A DNA stretch of 64,000 nucleotides from Sphaerodactylus townsendi. Taxonomy: Eukaryota. Positions 1-12,690 of this stretch are shown in pieces (the stretch's first letter is position 1; each line of letters opens with the position of its first letter). A program made the translations under genes and the position numbers. A model generated the notes under the pieces. The model saw only the letters and a program-made list of their open reading frames with translations, had not been told where the DNA came from and ran no database searches. The stretch covers positions 62,000,001-62,064,000 of the forward strand of contig NC_059432.1 in NCBI RefSeq assembly GCF_021028975.2, given 5' to 3'.

Positions 1-891
1 CACCACAACAAAATTCACATATGGAAGACATTTCTGTATAGGAACAAACATAAAACCGACATTCATTTTTACTGTAAAACAGCTGTGCATGCAACTTTTT
101 CTGTTCTGCATACACTTAGTGGTACATACATCAGGGAGCCACAATCACTTTCCCCAACATGTACATATGAGGTAACAACCACAATTCTATTACCATGCAC
201 ATAAATGTCATTGTGATTTCTACACAGAAGCAATTCGGTGACAAGAAATTCAGTTCTACATTCTTGGGAAGGTATTTCTTATACAAGATGCAATATTCCT
301 GCTTCACTTTAACTACAGAAATCAATTAGAAAATTGGTGCACAAAGAATAATTCCAAAGCTTTCAGCAACTAACAACTGAATCCAAAAACTCTACATAAC
401 TAAACAAAACTCTGCCAAGTGCTCTGTAGAGGTAAGGTGGAGTACAAATTAAATAAAAACACATTCATTCTTTTCAAAAAAGAAAAGACACATTACTAAA
501 GGTGCTAGCTTCATTAATCATTGCCTAAAGAGTTGCATATCTCCTTTGAACACAAAAATGAGATTTGGTCCCTAGAATTTCCCTCTCTTACAAGACAGAC
601 ACTTGCTCAGAAATACTTTTCATGTACGCATACAAACACAGATTGACCATGTATGTATGTATGAAAGAAAATACATATACCAGAAAGTTAAGATTAGCCA
701 TAGCACAGTACTACAATGAACATTAGTTAAAACATAGTTTTTCAACTGTACCTTAAAATCATGGAATTTAGTATTAAACACAGAATTCAATGTCTCAAAT
801 TTCATTTTTTGAAAAAATGTAAAATTCCATCCTTTAAATTTAATTTTGCCTTCTCCTTCCCCACCCCCATCATTAACCACCATCATCCCAC

Positions 892-2533
892 CTTTTTTGA
901 ATTCCTCAAGCATGGCATCAAGCTTGGTATCATTGAAGACAAAATGCAGTGGGTGGTTATAGAAACGGGTAATGGTCTTGAGTGGCGTGCAGTCATCAGG
1001 ATCCACAAAGGCTAAATCCTTGACAAAAAGAAGGTCCACAATGTTGGAGCGGTCCCCTTCAAAAACTGGGATGCGGGTATAACCACTCTCCATTATCTCA
1101 GACATAGTGTTGAAATCAAGCACAGCTTCAGCAGTAATCATGAAGCAGTCCCGGAGTGGGGTCATTACATCCTCCACAGTCTTTGTGCGCAATTCCAATG
1201 CACCTTGGATAATATTCAGCTCTTCTTTCACCAGGTCATTGTAAGGGTCAGTAACCCTCAACATCTCAAGTAGTTTTTCACGATTGTATACAGTACCAAT
1301 TTCCTGTCCTAAGACACAGTCCAGTAGCTTACTGACTGGGTACGAGGCTGGGAAGGTCATCATCATGAAGAATTTGGTGAGGAAGATGGTGTTGGCGCCT
1401 ACTGCAAGGCCGTGCCGTGAACAGATAGCCTGTGGCACAATCTCACCAAAGATGACGATACCAATGGTGGAGACCACTACAGCCACCAACCCAGAACCAG
1501 CGATATCATCAAGCAAGATGGTAAGAGTAGTGTTGACCAACACATTACCCAACAGCAAGGAACAGAGCAAATAATTGCCCTGGCGGCGCACCGGTTCAAT
1601 GCGCTTAGCATAGTTCTTTTCTTTTTCTGTTCCACAGTTCTGCACAATACGTAACTCCATGGGGTCGAGGGCCATAAGTCCCAGGTTGAGACCACTAAAC
1701 ATGCCAGAGAGGCACAGCAAGAGAGAGATGAAGATCACTTGCAGCCAAAAGGGCAGCAGAAACTTCTTTTCTTCACCTACAATCATCTTGGTATCCTCCC
1801 CGTCGTGGTAGACCCAGGTCGTCTCAGTCCACGGTCCCCCATCAGGGCCAATAATACCCCCTCCACCACTGCTGCCACCGGCGGAGCTCCCCGCCCCCCC
1901 GAGGATCGCTGGGGAGGACACGGAGGTGCACAAGTAGTAGGATTTGCTCTTCTCTGTTTTGCGCAGAGGCTTGATATCGATCTCAATGATGCCTGAGGTG
2001 CGACGGTTCAGGATGATGTGAGGCAGGATGATGATGTCCGAGGTGCGGATGCCGCAACGCTGCGGAGCCGGTGAGAGGGAGCCCACAGGAGCCGGGCCGT
2101 CCTCTTGTTCCGCAGGCGGCCGCCTGCTTTCTCCGTCCCGCCGCCTCTCATGCTCCGTAAAGGCGATCCGGGACCAAGTCTCGTTGTTGATATTCTGCCC
2201 GTAGACGCGCAGCTTGACACGCGTCCTCTCGCTCACACGCAGCGCTCCCCCTTCCATGTACGACACGTCGTCCGTGTCCTCCAGCCGCAGTCCGATTATC
2301 ACCGTTTCCTCAGAGTCGGGCGAGCCAGGCAACAAGGAGGCGGCGGCGGCGGCGGCGGCAGCAGCAGCAACTGCAGCGCGTGGGGGCTGCTCTCCCAGAC
2401 ACCGGCTGAGAAGAACCCCCAGCACCAACGGCAACAGCCACGACGACCGCAGGAGGACCCGCGTCTCGCGCTCCACGCCTCGCGCCGGCCCGGCCAAGAG
2501 CCAGGCAACGGCCGCGGGCACCGGCGCGGCCAT
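892..2533 (-). CDS. CNNM2: Metal transporter CNNM2 (cyclin M2), coding exon 1; downstream exons lie left of the window
   Basis: Translation contains the CNNM extracellular domain ([12 protein letters not shown]...), the DUF21 TM domain ([33 protein letters not shown]) and CBS1 ([25 protein letters not shown]). It ends [10 protein letters not shown]|gtggga, the conserved phase-1 donor (1642 nt = 547 codons + 1). First ATG (MAAPVP) is at 2533. Synteny with AS3MT supports CNNM2. Confidence 0.95.
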
Positions 2534-3450
2534 ATTCCTGTTACGGGAGAGCGGTGCGGCCACGCATAGCGGAGCAGCTTCGTTACTGCAGCCCCAAGCG
2601 ACGGCCACCACGGGCTGCGAGCGCCTCGAGGGATGACAAGCGACTACCGGGCCTCGGCCGGGAGCTTCTCCAACCCCTACCCCTGAGGGGAGGGGAAGGG
2701 GGAAACGGAGCCCGCGCGTGCGCACCGACCAATCAGGTGCATACAAGCGGGGCATTGGGAGAGGGGGGAGCAGAAAGAAAAAGGCCTCTGCCCAATCAGA
2801 GCGCGCACACAAGAAAGGGGAGGGGGGAAAGCGAGCGAGCCGGCCGGTTGTCCTCCTCGCGTAACGCTGAGAGTAGCCGGCTGGGCCGTAAATTAAAGGT
2901 GGTGCTGAGGAGTGTTGGGCGGGGTGCAAAGGAGTGGCCAGGTCAACTGTACCCAGCCAATCGACCGAGTTTATGGCTGATTTTGCACGCCGAAATTGCC
3001 CCTGTGTGGGAAGCGGAGTCGAACTACCAGACCGACGACCATGTCACTGCACGCAGCCCGTCCAGTCCAGTCAGGATACGGACGGTTTCCGCAGACCAGC
3101 CTCCTTTGTCCGCGCGCTGCCCCAGCCGCGAAGGGGAACCAGCGGCACTACTACCGGTATGAACCTTTCCTCACAAACACACGCACCCCCCCCCCCTTAA
3201 AGAGCGCGTGACCGGTGCGTCTGTTCAAGCGCAAGCCGGACTAAAGAGAGGGCCAATGGGAAGAGAGAACGGCGTAGATTGGTGAGAGAAGCGGCCAATT
3301 GGAAACGAATTCTGTAAGGCTCCTGGATCGTGTTGAGCTGGTGACCGACGACTTGGGTGAATTGAGGGCTCGTGCTGGTCAAATTCCCATCTCGCGCCCT
3401 CTCTTCGCTGGTCAAATTCCCATCTCGCGCCCTCTTTGCAAACAGCAAAA
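1800..3450 (-). promoter_or_regulatory. CpG island / CNNM2 promoter with clustered CCAAT (NF-Y) boxes
   Basis: Very GC/CpG-rich versus AT-rich flanks. CCAAT/ATTGG at about 2729, 2793, 2957, 3253, 3278 and 3295; GC box GGGCGGGG near 2917. Confidence 0.8.
3374..3435. repeat. Two-copy direct repeat, period 33 bp (GCTGGTCAAATTCCCATCTCGCGCCCTCT)
   Basis: Identical 29-mer at 3374-3402 and 3407-3435. Confidence 0.9.
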
Positions 3451-4315
3451 GAGTCTAGTGATGTCCAGCTACAAATTTATTGTGGCATAACGTTTCCTGA
3501 TTCTCTAGCCAGTATGTCTAAGTCACAGCCAAACTAGGGAAGAAATAGCCCATCGGCTCTGATGCCTGCTACAAATGCGTTGTTTTAGATGTACGTGAAC
3601 ATAAAACATTCCAAGTATAGATTCTCGTCGGAGTCGCATTAAATACCTAACAGAACAAGTTAGTGGCACTGGCACGTGCTGCGGATCCTGCTTTGTATCC
3701 TCTTTCAGAAGATTGTAATAAGAGGGAAATATTCTTTGAATACTTAAAAATAAATGCCCGTTTTCTCTGCAAGGGTGCTAGCATTTTTTAAAGCAAAAGA
3801 TCTCAAATCTAAGCATGAGCAGAGAATCTGAAAAGCCTACTAGTCTCTAAGAGTATGAGTGGAGAAAGATTGCTTTCCAAGAATACAAATAGATAAGCCT
3901 TTACAGCCACAGCTGATCTAGGCTGTTCCCAGGTAATTTACAACAGCAGAACTTCGAACTTTTGCAGAAACAAAATGTCATAAAATATGTCTCTTCTCAC
4001 GTAGTATCATGCTGAAGTTTCACTGTAGATTTTTAGGATAAGAATGCCCCATACTTTTATCTGTTGTCTACTTATAAACACAGTCTTATCTGAAGAACCT
4101 AAATTTTCGTTAAAGCATTACAACTCTGTTTTTAATCCCTACAAATTAAATCAATGTTAAAAATTCAAGTCTAATTTTGTGGAATCAAAATATAAAAACG
4201 GGCAAGAATTAGCTCTGATGCTCTATCATAAGCTAAGTGAGAAAGAATATTTCAAACAAATGTTTGAAGCTTTGATGAATGAAGGATCCTATTTGTAATT
4301 GGTTAAATAATTTAT

Positions 4316-4764
4316 GGCCCAATCCAAGGAGAAGAATGAAACCATTTATGGGAATAGCGTGGCCTTGTGCCAACGCATTTGCCCCCTCCACCAATGTAAG
4401 GGCACATTTGCCAATGGAGAGAGCAAACATGCTGGCATCTCGCCTCCCCACAGCCCCGAACCCCAGAAGTGGGCGCCACAGTAGAGTTAGCTGCTGTCCA
4501 AATGGACCCCAGCTCAGGGGTGGGGCACGCCAGGGCATTCTCAGGGGTGGAGCAGACTTTAGTTGTCTTCCACCTGGGCTTTGGGGTTGGGAACACCACA
4601 GACAGTGTGGTGTAACTTCAACAAAGCCCTATAAAAGGCTTCCCAGGCGACCAGAGGAGGTTGTGTTTGCTGCCTGCCAATGCCACTGGAAGTCCTCAAG
4701 AGGTGGTGCGGCAGCACAATAGTAGCACCATACCTGCCACCAGAGCCCTTTGGATGGGGCTGCC
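4316..4764. mobile_element. Probable MITE with short imperfect TIRs (GGCCCAATCCAA ... TTGGATGGGGCT)
   Basis: Imperfect terminal inverted repeats around a GC-richer island; no ORF homology. Confidence 0.4.
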
Positions 4765-5059
4765 CATGTAATGTCTGCAATCCTAAGCATGCTTACAAGG
4801 AATTAACTCCTAATAAAATGAGTTGTACCTATTTCCAAAAACATGTTCAGGCTCTTAATATTGCAGTTCGATAATATGTTTTAGTTATTTCATTGTGCAA
4901 CAGGTTTTTTCCTTGTTTGGTGAAACACTGGTATTCTTTTGCATAAGATTATTCTGAGTTAAAATTCTCATTATTAAGCTGTGATTTATTAATTTAAAAC
5001 GTGCATTGACCTTAAAAAATGAAATTAGGTACACATCCTGTTTACTAGGGTAAAGTGGT

Positions 5060-5290
5060 GGCTGGTGTGGCATTGTGGTTAGACAGTCAGACTAGTATTG
5101 GTGACCAGGTATGAATTTCCCCACTCTGCCATGGAAGTCTGTTGGGCGACCTTGACCCTATCACAATCTCTTAGCCTAACCTTTCCTCATAAGATTGTTG
5201 ATGTGAGGGTTAGGTAGAGAAAGGCGAGCAATCTGAAAAGCTGTTTTGAATACCCACACAGGGAGAAAAGCAGGCTATAATATTTTAAAT
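5060..5290 (+). mobile_element. tRNA-derived CORE SINE (Squam3/MIR-like); further copies at about 11490, 12060, 29820(-), 35240, 50250, 54960
   Basis: A-box-like head (tgtggttaga), CORE-like gaccttg...cctaacct..ctca.agg.ttgttgtg, A/T-rich tail; repeated within the window. Confidence 0.7.
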
Positions 5291-6533
5291 AATAATTAAA
5301 GTAATGCTAGCTAAAAATTAGCAGTTTTGCATATGCAAAGTCTGAGTCATGCAAATTACCACAGAAAATGGAAAATAGCCATTTCTACATCTCTGCATCA
5401 AAAGCAAAGCACAAAATGTATCCGAAGAGGTCAATCGCTACATGACTTACAAAGCTGATATTCAGTACATGTTTAATCTAAAACTAAACCACTTACCAGA
5501 AAAATCTAAAAATAATATTTTTACATAAAACACTGAAAATTTAGGGCACAGAATTTGCACATAATGGATGTCAGGACACCAGCAGCGAGCAAACATGAAC
5601 ATGGATGGAGGGCCCTTGGCACTGCTCCTTCACACACTTCAATGAACGTTAAGATTGCTTCCAGAATCAGCCAGGGTGGAGGTTTCTATGCTCACAAAAT
5701 CTAAATAGAATTTATTAACATATACATTTAGGTTGCAGTGGAAATCCAAACCCTTAGAGTGATAATTAAGCCATTTGTTTATATCCCAAATTTTTAGTCC
5801 AACTCTGCATATATTGACATAAATAAATCTCATCTATGTTTAGGGCTGTAGCTGTATTCAAAAGTTAAGTTTTACTAATTTGTAAATGTCTTTTAATCAC
5901 AATTTTGGATTATAAATTTCAATAATTTGCCAGCATTGTATTGCACCATCCTCTGGTGACACAAATGTACTTGTTTGGAGATTTTTACCCTGCATTTTAA
6001 ACTGGGTAATTTTTTAACTTATTATGGCACTACAGCTCCCTCTGGTGTCAGAAAAATGATAACTGGTAAAATTCAACCACACTTATTAGAATAGTATCTT
6101 TTCAAAGAATCAACTAAAATAAAATGTCACACATTAATAAAAAGAATTTCTCAGATACCTTGACCAGGCGGATGTTAAGCAAAACAAACAAAGGAAGTGA
6201 TAAAAAATGTATCTTTGGTTTAGTTTTTAAGTAGAAGATGTGGTGCGCTATGCATACTTAAGTCATGCTAGTTACAGAAAATATATGGTACATTTGCACC
6301 AGGCTTCTTCAACACAAATACAGTGGCATTTCATCCTGTGAAAATACCAAAAATAACCTGGTCTATATAACTGCTGGCTGAAATTTATCCATATCTCAAA
6401 GGTCTAGGACAATCTGATTTTTTTTTTGCACTTAGGGTGTCTTAATATATTACTGTAATATCTGCATGACACTTGCTGGGCTTTTTTGAAAGCAGCTAGT
6501 CTGCAGACAGACAACAACTGAACACCCCCCCCC

Positions 6534-6541
<8 letters not shown>

Positions 6542-6567
<26 letters not shown>

Positions 6568-6769
6568 GTTTTCTGCTATCAAGTCATATCTGACTTACGG
6601 TGAGCTGTGATAGGATTTTCAAGGCAAGACACGTTCAGAGTGGTTTGCCATTGCCTGCCTCCACGTCAAGACCCTTGGACGTCTCCCATCCAAATTCTTG
6701 CTTGACTTGGCCCTGCTTAGCTTGGAGTCCTGAAGAAATGAGGCTTAGCTGGGCTATCCAGGTCAGGGC
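6542..6769 (-). mobile_element. 5S rRNA-derived SINE with Sauria/RTE-type 3' tail (5S-Sauria-like chimera)
   Basis: Reverse complement contains 5S-like aagctaagcagggccaag...ttggatgggagac followed by ggcaatggcaaaccac...cttgccttgaaaa...taagtcag...gacttga and a dinucleotide tail. Confidence 0.65.
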
Positions 6770-7299
6770 ACCCTCCTCTTACTCACCAGTTTATGACATT
6801 TTGAATATCTCTAATAAATGATATTTCAGTATTATTGCCATGAGCCACATGGTTACTTACAAGTTTTCACTAATATTTGAGTTTGTACTATCATTTACTG
6901 TCCCTCTATCCTTTTGAAAGTGGTGTGAAACATTCTCTCATGGTAGTTGGCTCTTGCCTGCCTCACCTAGGACCCTGGTGACAGGTGCAGTGGGAGGCTT
7001 AGTGGGATAATGTGGCAGTGATTCTGAGATCCCCCTCCTGCCCAGGATTTTTGCCCAGGGCCCCAGAATAACTGAGACCAACCCTGGTTGTGATGGTGGG
7101 CTCTTCATCATTTCTCCATATTGTACAGAAAATACAATAAAGTATTTTGCAGTTATTGAGCTATTTAATCCGTTTATGGACACAAGAAATCTAAAAACAA
7201 ATGTAAGCATCCTATGGTGATTTCCTCACTGGCAATTAATCCTGGGATAGTCACCTAAAATATCCAGATCTCCTCGAGATCTCCTCACAGCTGAACCAT

Positions 7300-7725
7300 G
7301 GAACACAGATCAGTCCCGTTTCTGGTGCTCCTCCCCCCCCCCATCACAGGATTTTCTTGGACCTGCTTGTATATGCACCTTTTTGAAAAAACACTCCAAT
7401 GGGAGCTAATAGGAGTCAGGGGCTACACATTTGAGGGTTCATAACTTTGGCCCCCATGAACCAAACTTCACCAAACATGGGTGGTATCATTAGCAGAGTC
7501 TCCTAAAGATACCCTGAAAGTTTGGTGCTGCTCACTTAACAGTTGCACCCCTGACAGCAGGCACCCCCTCAAGGTGCCTCAAGGTGCTTCAAGACGAGAT
7601 AGGGTTTATATTTTAATTATTAGAGCCTGTATTTATTGAAATTGTGGTTTTAAATTGTTATTGTGCTCTATCTATATGTGTTCACTGCCCTGAGCCCTCC
7701 GGGGGAGGGCGGTCTATAAACCCAA

Positions 7726-7776
<51 letters not shown>

Positions 7777-7777
7777 A
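7300..7777 (+). mobile_element. Fragment of the non-autonomous DNA transposon family also seen at 61707-63141, followed by an L2-like 3' end with (TAAA)n tail
   Basis: ataactttgg...ccaaacttcaccaaac unit shared with 62560-62990; gccctgagccc...gggcgg.ctataaa then (TAAA)n at 7724-7777. Confidence 0.6.
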
Positions 7778-8229
7778 TTTAAAAAAGGGGGCAGGGCTAG
7801 ATGTCTTCACTAGAAACATGCTGCAGTGAGGATGCTGGAACCTGGATGAAAAGTGCTGATTCTTTTGAAACTTGGTTGTATGTAGATTAAATTTTCAGTG
7901 GGAATTCGGCCTATGTGAAAATGGTCTTTTTAAGGAAGTTCCTCAAAATAATCCCTAAGAATGCTTGTACTTGGAACAGAAGGCTATCTTGATTATGCAG
8001 ATCCTGGAATCATGTTTCCAAATTAGGCTAGCCAAAGAATCAGGCTTCACAAAGGGGACTTTTCTTGGGGAGGTACAGAGGGACTCACAATGGATAGCCT
8101 GCTGAGCTGCATTCCTTTTATAGTTGCTCAGAACAGGTACTGTGGCATTGACCAATTTATCAGTATTCCCTTTTCATAGACAATATAAGAATGAAAATAA
8201 TCTGCAATTCTTGCCTAATTTAAAACAAT

Positions 8230-8654
8230 GGCCATTTCCGCACGAATGCGGAAGCGGCCGGGTCGGCGTTTCCGATGCCGACCCGACGACGCTGGGACCG
8301 TCCGCACGGACGGTCCTGGAAAGAACCGGGCAGCCGGCGCCACAGAGCGCCGGCGCCCGGCCGACCCGGCATGTCCCCGGGCCTCCAGCGCGTCGCCGAG
8401 GCCCGGGGACAAGGTAAGTGCCGGGTGGGGGAGGCGTCTCGAAGCCACTGTCGTTCGCTTGGCAGTGGCTTCGAGGCGGCGTTTCCCCAACAAGAGCGCT
8501 TCCGAGCGCTCTGGGGAAACGCCGGCTTCGCGGCGGTCAGGCGGCGTGAGGGCGGTGCGGCTGCGATGCAGCTGCGCCCCCTGTGCGAATGGTGGCCTGG
8601 AGACGGCGTTTTTGCCGTCTCCAGGCCGCCATTAAATGCCCGTGCGGAAACCAG
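8230..8654. mobile_element. GC-rich palindromic MITE (termini GGCCATTTCCGCACG ... CGTGCGGAAACC)
   Basis: Inverted termini; CpG-rich block in AT-rich DNA; related termini at about 53346 and 54608. Confidence 0.6.
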
Positions 8655-11214
8655 ATCAGAATGTAAATGGAGAACACTTTAAATTCTTTCATAATTCATT
8701 AATGTATTTACAACTATGACATTTACAACATGCTCTTCTTTAAAACCCACTTATGGCTCCTTGCAAGACAATAAATAAAACACATCACAATAAAATCTAA
8801 AAACAGCATAGAAAAGAAAAATTCAGCAGTGTAGAAATAAACCCACCATAATAAATATCCAACAGTAGCAAATAATTTTCTTAATTACAGTAGCAAGGGA
8901 TAGAAACAGGGTAGTCACATGAGCAAAATAAAATAATAAAAATAAAATACTGTTAGATACCAAAGAATAAATAGGGGAGTGGGCTGTGTGGAATTCAACA
9001 GTCTGTCTGAGAGAATAACAATTCTTTCTCCCGGTATCTAAAGCTTAACAAAATTAGGACCACCTAAACAACTGAGAGGAGGCCATTTAAGAGCTGAACT
9101 GCCGCCACCCCCTCCCGCAATATTCATCAACTGTGTTCATGTAACACACACAAATTATGGGGCATTTAACATAGCCTCAAAGTATTGCCAGTTATCCTAT
9201 GTCCTCCTAGTTTCATTAAACTTTATTTCTATGTACATTGCTTAAGACAGACAAGACTACCAAGAGTTCAGCTGCTGTCTTGAAGTACGTGACTATAAAA
9301 ACAAACCTTTAGTTTCAAAATGAGAACAATTTGGTTGCTAATGCTTTGAAAGAATAGAACATATGGCTATACAAAAATATGTAGCATCTGCATTGCCTTC
9401 CTGTTGGTGTTTTTATGAGCCTATACAATAAAGCAATTAAAAATTAACTTCGGTCTCAATGCTTCCCTGCTGTATATATCGCCCTCCTGCTCCGGATCTG
9501 ACATTTCTTTTCCTCATTACCTAGGTCTGGGCATTTAATATTGATGAGGTGAATGCATTTAATAACAGCATCTTAGCATAAGGTTGCCCAGGGTTTTTTA
9601 CCAGATCAAAGCAGAGTCTTAAAAGTTATATGCCAGAATTATCATAAATAAGACTTAACTGTTTTATCTCCCAGTAAGGGGCAATGAAGGGTTTCATTTG
9701 CATTCTAGGGTAGCAGTTTGATTAATTACTGTATAAATAGATGAAGGTACAGATTTAGGGCCTAAATCTGGAAGCATTTAAAGCATGTCTTTCTCTGGCC
9801 AGGAAACACTTGAATATAGTACCCAGGGAATAGCCCAAATATAAATGGTTTTTCTATAAATAAGCGTCTCAGAGTTAACATACGCCTTTCTCATTCGAGA
9901 CTAAACATTGCTCTGCAACTCTTAAGGAATAAAACAAGCCTATTGAGTTCTTCTTTTCATTGGGGGTGGGGTGGGAATAGCATGCTTCAGGTTCACTGCA
10001 TTTCAGAACCTTGTTGGTTAAAATCTGCTAAAGATGCTTCTGGGAGTTTTTCCAACGTCCACGAAGCAACATCAGAATTGCCTGACTGGTTCCAAGCAAG
10101 GGTACATCTGATCCAGCACTCTGTCAACAACAGTAGCCCATTTCAGGGAGCCTTACAAACAGCAAGATGGAGATAGCCATCCCTGGTTTACCTCCAGTTC
10201 TCATTAAAGGTTTCCATTGTTAGTTATCATGACTGAATAGACACATCCTCTGTGAATTTGACTTATGGTTTTCTAAAGCCATCATATATTTAGGCAATGA
10301 ATTCTATACTAGTTATGTCAACACTGATAAAAGTTCCTTTTGTTTGTCCTGAACCTACCTCCATGCCCCTAAGGTACAGGAATTTGAAGGGAGGAAATTT
10401 TTTATCCTCTATCTCATTATTGTTGATATTTCCCCCTTTTTCATTGGGAGAATTTACATATTACATAATAGAGATCCATGTAGCTTGTGATCATCATGTG
10501 ACTTCATATTGTGGAATACAATTTTAATGCAATTAGTTTTACAGTTTCCAACTCATAGTGTACCCTGTTATCACACAGTCATTGAAAATACTGTCAGCAA
10601 GAATGGTTATAGAAAGGGGTTTCAACAACCTCATGTGGTCTTTTTGAGTGCATCTTTCAAGAAGCAAAGAAGAAAAAGCAAAAGAGGAGTTACTTTTATT
10701 CCCCAAATAATTTTGGAAGACAAACTTGCAAAATATAGTTTTATTCAAGTACATTTCTAATGAACTTTTTTCTTTCATTTCCAAGTTTTTGAAGATTTGA
10801 AGGTCTGAAGGTGTATCCTGAGTGGTTGCTGTCTAGTGTGGTAATCAATGAGTTTCCTGATTCTCTTCTCTCCCAAGGACCACAGTGTTGCTTTACTTTT
10901 GTATGTAATTACTTGGAGACTATTTATGTTGATAAGAGATATATAGCTATCACAAATAAATAACATGATGCCCAAAGGAAGGTATAGACTGCTTAGTCTC
11001 ATGACAAGCTGATGTTGTAAATTCAGATATTGTATTCCAAAAAAATTGTGATGTCTGGGAAGTTCTAAGTGGTAAAGTACATATGAATATCTAACATATA
11101 TTTCCCATTTAAACTTATATTCTGATCCATCGTTTCAAACTATTGTTCCAAATACATTTTTAACATCTTAAGTTTGTCTTGCAAGGCTGATTTTAGATTT
11201 GTAATTTACCTTTA

Positions 11215-12690
11215 TCATCAATATCTCTAATTCTCAAGAATTTGTGGATACTTAAATCTGGAGACTGGAGATGTAAAGACAGCACAGATCTTTCTACAAA
11301 CATGTAAAATACCCCAGGAAAATCCAAAATATTAAAAATATTAAAGGGGGGGGGGTGTTTCTCTCTCACACACACATACACACATTATGGCCAGGGCCAG
11401 AAGGAAACATAGGGTGATTTGCTACTTGCATGAACCACCCAGGAATGGGTGCTCACTAATGTTCAACAGCAGCCACCCCACATATGCCAGCGTAGTATAG
11501 TGGTTAGAGTTTCAGCCATGATCTTGGAAATCCAGACTTGGTTCACCACTCAGCCATGGAAGTTTACTTGGTGACCCTGAGTAAGTTACACACTCTCAGT
11601 CTAACTAACCTCACTGGATTGCTGTGAGCATAAAATAGAAGACAAGATTAAGGTTGATGGATAGGAAGGAGAGAAGAAAGAAAGGAAAGGGATATGGGGT
11701 TACCAGAAAGAAGGAATGAGGAGATAATGTGGGGAAGAGGATACAGGGGAACATGAGGTAACTTCCAAAAACACCTCGCAGCCCCCTCTCTTGTCAATAT
11801 ATATAATTCTCAATATGGCCAGATCTGTGGATACTTAAGTCTAGAGATACTTAAATCTCTCAATCTCTCTCAGGAGTTAATCCACCCACAAGAAGCATCC
11901 GTAGTTTGCAAACCCTCAGTGGTCATTGCTAGGCAACTGCACAGTATAGCCAGTCTTCAAACTTCTGTCAACAAAAGGGCTATTTTGGCCTTGCTATTTT
12001 ACTTGTCAGACTCACCAAGGACTGGCTGCTTGCTACTGCTCAGTAGCAGCCATATGAAAGCAAGTGTGCTGTGGCAGTTACAGTTTCAGACTAGGATCTG
12101 GAAGATCCAGGTTCAAATCCCAGTTCACAGGATGACCGGAGGGCAGTCTCAGCCTAACTTACCTTACAGGATTGTTGTGATGATAAAACAGAGAAGAAGA
12201 AAAAGTAAGCTGCTTTGGCTCTCCATTGTGGAGAAAGACAGAGTGTAAATGAAGTAAATCAATAATAAATATAATTGAAGATGAGGAGGCAGCTAAAAAA
12301 TAGGTTGGTGGGTGGGAAGAAGAGAAGGAATCAGGGAGAGATGAGAACATGGGGTTGCCAGGAGGAGAAAAAGGAGAAGAGGATACAGGATGAAATGAGG
12401 TTTCTCCCATCACCTCCCCGTCACACACACACACACAAATCCCTATGGCTCTCCACTGGGCGAGTGGGCCTGGTTGCTAGACTCCTTCAATGGAACCCTA
12501 ATTTTCCAAGTAGAGGCTGCCAAGGGAAAGGAAGGGGGAAAGCCAGGGGAGAAGTAAAACTAATTTGACTGGTGGATGGGAAGGAAGAAGCAGAAAAAGG
12601 AAAGAGGCTATGGCGGTTTTCAGGGAAAGGAAAGGAAAAACAGTGGAGAGATGACATGGTCCCTGCAAGTCCTTATAGGACCCCTGCTTG
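11215..12690 (+). mobile_element. Two tandem copies of a composite element with an embedded SINE, possibly a non-autonomous Helitron
   Basis: Both units start aat.t.t.taattctcaa..tgtggatacttaa.tct (about 11220 and 11800), contain cagcagcc + CORE SINE + purine-rich block, and end near CTTG(T). A GTCCT-TAT-AGGAC hairpin lies near 12669-12681. A third similar copy is at about 54630-55360. Confidence 0.45.

Noticed and set aside
2534-2929. N-terminal 132-aa extension of the 769-aa CNNM2 ORF
   Set aside because: Starts at a non-ATG codon and runs through CCAAT-box promoter and 5' UTR sequence; GC-rich DNA is naturally poor in stops
1739-3211. Overlapping Arg/Pro/Ala-rich ORFs around CNNM2 exon 1
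   Set aside because: Shadow frames of a CpG island with no recognisable homology
8124-8682. GC-rich ORFs and apparent CpG island
   Set aside because: Explained by a palindromic MITE; not a promoter or gene
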